Part shown: in pieces, positions 1-7,330 of the stretch
Layout: each line of letters starts with the position of its first letter
Position numbering within the stretch: position 1 is the stretch's first letter
From: Babesia bigemina
Taxonomy: Eukaryota
Assembly (NCBI RefSeq): GCF_000981445.1
Contig: NW_012237237.1
Coordinates: forward strand, 62,001-83,417
Length of the DNA stretch: 21,417 nt
Reading direction: 5' to 3'
The notes under the pieces: generated by a model
What the model saw: only the letters and a program-made list of their open reading frames with translations
Databases searched by the model: none
Told to the model about the DNA's origin: nothing
Translations under genes and position numbers: made by a program

Positions 1-475
1 GACATGGTCACGGCAGCGATGACATGGTTACGGCAGCGATGACATGGTCACGGCAGCGATGTCATGGTCACGGCAGCGATGTCATGGTCACGGCAGCGGG
101 ACATGGTCACGGCAGCGATGACATGGACACGGCAGCGATGACATGGACTCAGCAGCGATGACATGGACACGGCAGCGATGACATGGACTCAGCAGCGATG
201 ACATGGTTACGGCAGCGATGACATGGTCACGGCAGCGATGACATGGTTACGGCAGCGATGACATGGTCACGGCAGCGATGACATGGTTAAGGCAGCGATG
301 ATACGGTCACGGCAGCGGTGACATGGACACGGCAGCGATGACATGGACACGGCAGCGATGACAGTTGATGGTTACGGCAGCGATGACATGGTCACAGCAG
401 CGATGACAGTTGATGGTTACGGCAGCGATGACATGGTCACGGCGGCGATGACATGGTCACGGCAGCGATGACATG
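1..475. repeat. Array B copy 1: 20-bp tandem repeat, consensus GACATGGTCACGGCAGCGAT, about 23 units, truncated by the window start
   Basis: Read directly. Variants GGTCAC/GGTTAC/GGACAC occur, plus two 25-bp variant units near 360 and 405. There are no unique spacers. Confidence 0.97.
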
Positions 476-495
476 GTGACCAAAGTGGTGATTAT

Positions 496-770
496 AACCC
501 ACTCTACATCGCCCCTTAACCCACTCTACATCGCTCCCTAACCCACTCTACATCGCCCCTTTATCCACTCTACATCGCCCCTTTATCCACCCTTCATCGC
601 CCCTTTGTCCACTCCACATCGCCCCTTTACCCACTCTACATCGCCCCTTATCCACTCTACATCGCTCCCTAACCCACCTTACATCGCCCCTTTATCCACT
701 CTACATCGCTCCTTATCCACTCTACATCGCTCCTTCACCTCCTCTAATCGCTCCCTTATCCACTCTACAT
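496..770. repeat. Array C copy 1: ~21-23-bp C-rich tandem repeat, consensus A(T/C)CCACTCTACATCGC(C/T)CC(C/T)T(T/A), about 12 units
   Basis: The CCACTCTACATCGC core recurs about every 22 nt. The array ends 29 nt before the ATG at 800. Confidence 0.95.
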
Positions 771-799
771 CCCTCGAATTACCTTGCCATAATACCGAT
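771..799 (+). promoter_or_regulatory. Conserved 29-nt leader between array C and the start codon of gene 1
   Basis: CCCTCGAATTACCTTGCCATAATACCGAT aligns without gaps to 7953-7981 and 14384-14412, and each copy is followed by ATGACC. Function is inferred. Confidence 0.55.
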
Positions 800-3700
800 A
801 TGACCTCTTTAGACCACAATAATAACTTGTCACTTGTCCCCCTTCACCTCCCTCCTTCCACCTCTTGCCACTGCCCTGACCATGTGCCGCCTAGTGAGCT
901 TGACAAGAAATTTGACAAAATTTTGAACCTTAAAATTACCTCAAATAACAACCCTACTAACATCCTTACTAACCTCTGTACTGGCCTCGAAACTTTCCTC
1001 GGCTTCAACTCTGACTCCAAAGGCTACGATGGCACTGGGATAGTGTACTCTGACCTTGACAGGCTGTGTGACGGGGTGATGGGATTTTTGTATGGTGTGC
1101 TTGGTGCGGTGAAAGATGATGAAGCGGTTAAAACGTACTATAATACCGATAAAATGATTACTGTACTTGATATAATTAAGAAAAAAATGCATAACGGTCC
1201 TAGCGAATTTGTTAACGCCGTAGATTACGTGCGTGGCGTGTTAAGTGATTATCACATTGAACTTAATGAAAGAACTAATAAAATTAATAATTCACTTAGC
1301 GAACTCACTAAAAAAATTGAAACAAATAAAAACACTGTAGACTCTAAGAAATCTAAGCCACTTGTCGACCAGTTGTCTAACTGGACTACGACAGTGGATG
1401 GTTTATCAATAGACATTAATAATATCATGACCCTAATTAACAACTTAGATCCTGATCTTAGCGATAAGCTGCGTAGTGAGATAAATCTTGTAGCAGGGGC
1501 AGTTACTACGATGGCGGAGTCGACTAAGGACGGGAGGTTTCAGACCCATATGGCGTATGTGGACAAGGCGATGGAGGAGGAAGAAAACCGTATGAGAGAG
1601 AAAGTAGAAGAGCAAAGTAAAAGAACACAAAAAACCTTAGGAGATCAGTTTACCAACGTTTTTAATGACGTTGGCACGTTGAGACAAAAAAAGAAAGAGC
1701 GCTTTGATATCATTAATGAGATGATTAAGAAGGCAAGAGAATTCATGGACAACTACGACAAAACTTACATGAATGTAATTGATGAAAAATTCAGGGCCAT
1801 AGAAGTGTCATTAAATGACGTTAATAAAAGCCATCAGGTTGGTGGCAGCAATTTAAGTTCCAGGCTAAAAAACGACGTTAATGCAATTAGGGGCGCTTTG
1901 TTACAAATTGGTGACGAGATGGAAAAGCAAGTTACGGGGCTGGAGAACTGGATTGGCAGCGTTACAAAGCTAATTGATCACGCAAAGAAGCATCAAATTG
2001 ACAAAGTGACAAATAAGGATGTTGCTGCAAAGTATGTAGTGAATGTAACAAATATGACTTTGAATATGAAAGAATGGCAAGATGTGCTGAACAAATATAT
2101 TACCAATGTGAGGGAGGTAATCACAACTGAGGTCAGAGAAGTTCAGCGCAAGATTGGCACGTTATACAAAGTTATCGAGAGCGGAAGAGCGGATGGAACA
2201 GCAACCCAGAAGAGCCTATGTGAGATAATCGAAACAATGCAAGGTAAAGTGGCGGATATATATGGCAAACGTAGATATGAAGGACTGCGCGACATCCCTG
2301 AAAATGTGATGTCTTATGCAGATAAATTTACCAAGGATAATTTCCATACCAAGGTTTTGGATGGATGGCTTAGGGATATACTTAAGACAGATGGAGTGGT
2401 GAAACAGCGACTGAGAGAATGGATAAAGGAAAACAAGGGTACGGGAAAACTGAGTGGTACCGTAGTTCACGGTAAAATAAGTGAAGACGAAGTTAACGCA
2501 TTCGTCGATGGCACTAAGAAAACGTTGCATGAGCCAATAATATGTCAGGTTATGAAAGTACTGCAGCAACAAGTTATACAAAAGGCTACAGAGAATTTCG
2601 CGAAAGTTCACGATGGGGTTGCGGAAAATTTTAAAAGTGTTAAAAATGTTTGCGAGCAGTTTGCCAAGCAGTTTGAAAGTACGGTTGACGACAAAGTTGA
2701 TCCTATAGTCACGGCGATAGAATCCAGTGATGGATTGAACGTGAGTAGCTCTGGATTCTCCAAAACCGATCTCAAGCGAGCTGTTGAAAGAATCCTCAAT
2801 AAACTTGTTACCAGAGCGAAACATGTTGCCGAGGAAATTGCGGTTTGTCTGGATAGGTATAAAATGGGCAACGTGGACGATGCTGTGACGAAGACTGATA
2901 AGCTTCTAAAAAACCTATACAAAGCGGCTGGATCGGAGAAGTATGCACAAAATGTTGACGCTGCTATAGACGCTATTACCGACAAGGTTGACGGAATAAA
3001 TATAGATTTAACCATCTCAAAGCTCAGAGAATGGTCCGAAGGAATTGAAGCTAACATCCACAGGCTTTTATCCGAATACTCGAAAACTGGTGAATTTATG
3101 CATCGATATTTGTACGACTTAAAAACGGAATTCCTGGATACCCAACTTGCCAAAATTCACTATAATTTATACGCACTGAAAAATGAAGAGTTTTCGCATA
3201 CACAGGGCAGGATCCAAAGTGCCATCAAGACTGTGATTGCGATTGTTGAAAACCTGGAGACTGTGCCGAGTGACGTGAGAGAGAAGAGGAGAAAAGCAGA
3301 CGAGCTTATGAAAAAATTGAAAATCGATGTAGAAAGCATTGTGATAGGTATTGATCTAGCTATAATTACAGCCGATCAAACGCTAACCAAAACTATCAAT
3401 GACTTTGTAGAGGAATTAGTCAAATGTGAAAAAATGTGCAAGCAAGCCGTAGACGATCTTCGGAATAATATGCTTAATCAAATCAAAGCTTCATTCTCAA
3501 TCGTCACGTCTAGCGTGCAGCAGCTCTTTGCAACTGAACGACAGGCGGACTTGAGAGCTTTGGAAATGTTAGTGGAAAGCCAAAGTATTATTATTGATGG
3601 ACTCATATCCAATGCCATGAGAACAGGCGTCATAGGCTCTATGAAAACCTTGAGCGGTGTTCCTGCTGGTCATAAAGGTGATGTGACGGAAGAACATAAT

Positions 3701-6364
3701 TTGCTTATGCAGCTCAGAAAGAAAATGGAGGAAGACGGGGAAAAGGTAGCAGAGTTAGTTCCCTACGTCCGTGCCTATCTCCGTCCCATTATCGTCTACA
3801 ATAAAGACGAAATCGAAAGACTTATCGCCTCCCACCCTTCTCCCTCCACCGACTACCCCTCTCAACTCAAGGCCATTTTCGACAAACTCGTCGAACTTCT
3901 TAATCACCTCGAAAAAGACAAGTTATATAACTACGACCATAATTTCGTTGATTTACTCGCCTCCCTCAACTCTCTTGTTGACTCCCTCTCTCCCTCCTTC
4001 ACCTCCCCCTGCCCCCTCCTCGCCCCCCTCAAGTCCGGCCTCTCCAACTTCGCCGCGCAACTCGGCCACGCGTACGTGAACAGGTACTCGGGGAAACAAT
4101 TCAACGGGGGTCTAATTGTTACTAAAACCATTACTGACGACACCAAACAACCTCCTAACTCCCCCAAAACTATTGAGGAATTAACCCCTGAGGGCCGCAA
4201 CTGCGCCAAGGTCTGCCTGACGATAGTGGAGATGGTCAAAGGGGAGTTGGATGTGTTGGGAGAGAAATGCAAATTAGATTGGCATTCTAAACAAATAGAT
4301 CGTATTAGTGTTCTTGGTTCATTTTTAGCGAAATGCGGCTACGTTGTTTCCGATAGGGATAAGCAGGACGGTGAACTGCAGCGCAGTGACAAGATGATGG
4401 GTTCACATATTCATGCAAAAATTAGGCACGCACTTACGAACGTCGAGAACATCAAAACACATCTTTTGAAGTGCAAATCAAACGAGGATGAGAAGACCGG
4501 CAGAAAAAAGAAAAGTGATAAGTTCCACGTCCTTGATGTACTTGGCTGCCTACATCATCACCTCGAGACCTATTACACTGTCGGTCACATGGCAACTTTC
4601 ACTGCCAAACGTAATCCATGTTCCGTGTACGAGATGCTCGTTTGGTGCGCTGGTTTGAATTACAGTTTGATTTATGATACGTTTTTGCGCGAAGGTTTTA
4701 CTGGTCTGCTGCAGAAGCCTGAGAGGAAGACTGTGCAGACCGGTGAAGATTTGGGTTTTGAAATCGAATTTGATGATATGAAATCCTACTACCTAGACGC
4801 GTATCCAGGTGTCATCAAATACGATCATATAAGTGCAGCGGTCAACCATATTTGCGCAACATCGCATGACGTGCTGACTCGAATCATCGGTCACGGCGAC
4901 GAATACACAACGTACGGCGTAGACTTCTGCAACAACTCGCTCAAATTCCGATATCCGACGTCGGCTGAGGAATGCCTTGACATGTTCCTCGACATCCTCC
5001 GCAGATTGTTCCCGCCACTCAAATACCTGGAGACGCAGTGCAGCACCGCCGCGAGAGAGTACGGGTGGGCAGGTTGCCATTATGGCAAAGACGTACAGAC
5101 AACCAACTGGCCCTGTAACGAACACTCAAGCAGTAAAGCAACGTGCCAACCAAATGACCAACCAAAGTGCGAACCAAATTGCCAACCAAAATCGCCGTTG
5201 ATGTCCTATCTGAATGACTGCTTACCTGGCCATTTACCTCACGTGTTGAGTGACATTGGCTGCAAAGCGAAATGTAGTACCTGCCCGAGATCGACGCCTG
5301 GAATGCCCTGTCTCACTCCCCTAGGATTCCGAGGTTTCTCCGGGACCAAGCGTGCAGGCAGAGACATAAGTGACGTGCTAGGCAAATTCTTTGACAACGG
5401 CAAACTCAATGTCCTATTCAGCTTGCAAGCTAAGACGCCGTCTACGTTACCGGAACACTTCGGTTTTGCATTATCCTTTGTAAAAGGGTGGAGTGATGTG
5501 ACAGATACACGAAATCATAGCATTAAGCAGTCCATTGAAGCATCCATCACCGACCGGTCTATTAAGCTATATGAGCCACCCAGCACGCTCACCGACAAAC
5601 TTCGTGATGCATATGGCAGCACGCATATTCCTTACCCCAATAAGCAACATCTACCTGCATATGCCGACTTGTCAAGTCTTGCGGTAGCAAAACCATGTAC
5701 GGTTAAGGATGTCAACTGCGCTCCTTATCTCTCATCCCTATGCATCGATACATATCATCACCTTGCAAAGAAGCAATCCAACACATACCTCTCCTGGGCC
5801 ATCTACCTCCCGTGGACATTCTGGGATCTGCTCAACAATCTCTACAACGCCTTCTGCTCCATCAACTGCCAGGACTGGGGATGCCGTGGATGTCTCCGCG
5901 GTGACAAGTGCAAGAAGGGGGGGCATGGTGTTGTTGATACAGAGAAGCCAAATAACAAATGTCAGTGCACTTCCATCGTCGACTGCAAAGGTGTCGCACC
6001 AACGCTCTACCAGTATGGTTTCGTCTTTGGTGAAGCGTCGACGTTGAATGACAAGGCATCGCCGAAGAATTGCTCCGATTTCTGCAGTCAGTTGAAGAAT
6101 GTTTTGAAATCGAAATATTTCGAGAAGCTGTTCGAAGAATGTGACAACTTCCTTTGGATCATCAGACAACCCTTCATCTGGACCACCGTCGCCCTCTGGC
6201 TCCTCTCTTTCCTCTACCTCCTCCACATCATGGTAATCCGCCTAGACCTGCTCCACATCAAATCGCATTTGCATAGTCCATCATCACATCGCATAGCTGC
6301 TCAATCACTACTTGCAGCCGCACGTGTTAACAAGCTTAACAGGGTGTTTTACCTGCAACCATAA
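800..6364 (+). CDS. ves1: VESA1-like variant erythrocyte surface antigen (Babesia ves multigene family), 1854 aa, intact ORF
   Basis: ORF 605-6364 begins at a TTG inside array C; the first in-frame ATG is at 800 (MTSLDHNNN) and matches the position of the ATGs at 7982 and 14413. Motifs: GYDGTGIVYSDLDRLCDGVMGFL, GHAYVNRYSG, CLTPLGFRGFSG, CQDWGC..C..C..G.HG..C.C.S.V.C.GV..LYQYGF, a hydrophobic TM segment at ~6170-6238 and the tail RLDLLHIKSHLHSPSSHRIAAQSLLAAAR. Family assigned by motif recognition; subfamily not determined. Confidence 0.85.
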   Translation: MTSLDHNNNLSLVPLHLPPSTSCHCPDHVPPSELDKKFDKILNLKITSNNNPTNILTNLCTGLETFLGFNSDSKGYDGTGIVYSDLDRLCDGVMGFLYGVLGAVKDDEAVKTYYNTDKMITVLDIIKKKMHNGPSEFVNAVDYVRGVLSDYHIELNERTNKINNSLSELTKKIETNKNTVDSKKSKPLVDQLSNWTTTVDGLSIDINNIMTLINNLDPDLSDKLRSEINLVAGAVTTMAESTKDGRFQTHMAYVDKAMEEEENRMREKVEEQSKRTQKTLGDQFTNVFNDVGTLRQKKKERFDIINEMIKKAREFMDNYDKTYMNVIDEKFRAIEVSLNDVNKSHQVGGSNLSSRLKNDVNAIRGALLQIGDEMEKQVTGLENWIGSVTKLIDHAKKHQIDKVTNKDVAAKYVVNVTNMTLNMKEWQDVLNKYITNVREVITTEVREVQRKIGTLYKVIESGRADGTATQKSLCEIIETMQGKVADIYGKRRYEGLRDIPENVMSYADKFTKDNFHTKVLDGWLRDILKTDGVVKQRLREWIKENKGTGKLSGTVVHGKISEDEVNAFVDGTKKTLHEPIICQVMKVLQQQVIQKATENFAKVHDGVAENFKSVKNVCEQFAKQFESTVDDKVDPIVTAIESSDGLNVSSSGFSKTDLKRAVERILNKLVTRAKHVAEEIAVCLDRYKMGNVDDAVTKTDKLLKNLYKAAGSEKYAQNVDAAIDAITDKVDGINIDLTISKLREWSEGIEANIHRLLSEYSKTGEFMHRYLYDLKTEFLDTQLAKIHYNLYALKNEEFSHTQGRIQSAIKTVIAIVENLETVPSDVREKRRKADELMKKLKIDVESIVIGIDLAIITADQTLTKTINDFVEELVKCEKMCKQAVDDLRNNMLNQIKASFSIVTSSVQQLFATERQADLRALEMLVESQSIIIDGLISNAMRTGVIGSMKTLSGVPAGHKGDVTEEHNLLMQLRKKMEEDGEKVAELVPYVRAYLRPIIVYNKDEIERLIASHPSPSTDYPSQLKAIFDKLVELLNHLEKDKLYNYDHNFVDLLASLNSLVDSLSPSFTSPCPLLAPLKSGLSNFAAQLGHAYVNRYSGKQFNGGLIVTKTITDDTKQPPNSPKTIEELTPEGRNCAKVCLTIVEMVKGELDVLGEKCKLDWHSKQIDRISVLGSFLAKCGYVVSDRDKQDGELQRSDKMMGSHIHAKIRHALTNVENIKTHLLKCKSNEDEKTGRKKKSDKFHVLDVLGCLHHHLETYYTVGHMATFTAKRNPCSVYEMLVWCAGLNYSLIYDTFLREGFTGLLQKPERKTVQTGEDLGFEIEFDDMKSYYLDAYPGVIKYDHISAAVNHICATSHDVLTRIIGHGDEYTTYGVDFCNNSLKFRYPTSAEECLDMFLDILRRLFPPLKYLETQCSTAAREYGWAGCHYGKDVQTTNWPCNEHSSSKATCQPNDQPKCEPNCQPKSPLMSYLNDCLPGHLPHVLSDIGCKAKCSTCPRSTPGMPCLTPLGFRGFSGTKRAGRDISDVLGKFFDNGKLNVLFSLQAKTPSTLPEHFGFALSFVKGWSDVTDTRNHSIKQSIEASITDRSIKLYEPPSTLTDKLRDAYGSTHIPYPNKQHLPAYADLSSLAVAKPCTVKDVNCAPYLSSLCIDTYHHLAKKQSNTYLSWAIYLPWTFWDLLNNLYNAFCSINCQDWGCRGCLRGDKCKKGGHGVVDTEKPNNKCQCTSIVDCKGVAPTLYQYGFVFGEASTLNDKASPKNCSDFCSQLKNVLKSKYFEKLFEECDNFLWIIRQPFIWTTVALWLLSFLYLLHIMVIRLDLLHIKSHLHSPSSHRIAAQSLLAAARVNKLNRVFYLQP

Positions 6365-6491
6365 TCGTACTCACGTGTTCACTATCTACACTCACCTAGC
6401 AATTCACCTACTCACCTATGCAACTAATTGCTGTCTAATGTTTTGTATCACTCATTAATAGTTGTATGTGATTGTATAATAGTTAACTAAA
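6365..6491 (+). other. Conserved 3' flank (putative 3' UTR), class I
   Basis: Highly similar to 13444-13568, sharing CGTACTCACGTGTT, CTACACTCACCTAGCA, TGTATCACTCATTAAT and GTTGTATGTGATTGT. Confidence 0.6.
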
Positions 6492-7097
6492 GTGTTGACC
6501 TATGTGCTGCCCAAAGTGTTGACCAACGTGTTGACCAATGTCATGACCAAAGTGGTGACCAATGTGCTGACCAATGTGCTGACCAACGTGGTGACCAAAG
6601 TGCTGACCAATGCCATGACCAATGTGCTGACCAACGTGGTGACCAATGTGCTGACCAAAGTAATGACCAAAGTGGTGACCAACGTGCTGACCAAGGTGCT
6701 GACCAAAGTGGCGACCAATGTGCTGACCAATGTGCTGACCAATGTGCTGACCAAAGTGGTGACCAATGTGCTGACCAATGCCATGACCAAGATGCTGACC
6801 AAAGTGCTGACCAATGCCATGACCAAGGTGCTGACCAATGTGATGACCAATGCCATGACCAAAGTGCTGACCAAAGTGATGACCAAGGACCTGACCAATG
6901 TGCTGACCAACGTGCTGACCAATGTGCTGACCAAGTTGCTGACCAAAGTGGTGACCAATGCCATGACCAATGCCATGACCAAAGTGGTGACCAAGGTGGT
7001 GACCAAGTGCTGACCAAGGTGGTGACCAAAGTGGTGACCAATGTGCTAACCAAAGTGCTGACCAAAGTGTTGACCAATGTGGTGACCAAGCACCTGA
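6492..7097. repeat. Array A copy 1: 12-bp tandem repeat, consensus GTGCTGACCAA(T/A), about 50 units
   Basis: Units include GTGCTGACCAAT, GTGGTGACCAAA and GCCATGACCAAT. The TGACCAA core is nearly invariant. One 11-nt unit lies near 7005. Confidence 0.97.
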
Positions 7098-7106
7098 CTA
7101 AGTTAG

Positions 7107-7306
7107 TGGTCACGGCAGCGATGACATCAACACGGCAGCGATGACATGGTTACTGTAGCGATGGCATGGTCACGGCAGCGATGACATGGTTACGGCAGCG
7201 ATGTCATGGTCACGGCAGCGATTACATGGTCACGGCAGCGATGACATGGCCACAGCAGCGATGACACGGTCACGGCAGCGATGACATAGTTACGGCAGCG
7301 ATGACA
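7107..7306. repeat. Array B copy 2: 20-bp repeat, about 10 units
   Basis: Same unit as 1-475. Confidence 0.97.
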
Positions 7307-7330
7307 GTGGTGACCTAAGTGGTGATTATC

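Noticed and set aside
1..475. 20-bp repeats as a CRISPR array
   Set aside because: Units are directly adjacent with no unique spacers, there are no cas genes, and the context is eukaryotic.
605..799. N-terminal 65 aa of the 1919-aa ORF (HSTS repeats)
   Set aside because: It starts at a TTG inside array C, whose 21-23-bp units do not keep frame in other copies. The conserved ATG is at 800.
1200..3700. Homology of the helical middle to bacterial Ebh, SMC or myosin-like proteins
   Set aside because: Any such resemblance would reflect generic coiled-coil composition. The flanking motifs indicate the VESA1 family.
6320..6382. CACGTGTT repeated on either side of the stop codon in genes 1 and 2
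   Set aside because: It is absent from gene 3, one copy is constrained by coding (ARV), and it is too short to support a claim.
6492..7113. VLTN/LVST/WSAH repeat ORFs on both strands (also 13569-13766 and 13532-13855)
   Set aside because: They are a by-product of a 12-bp period. An 11-nt unit breaks the frame, the wobble position is invariant, and starts and lengths are not conserved between copies.
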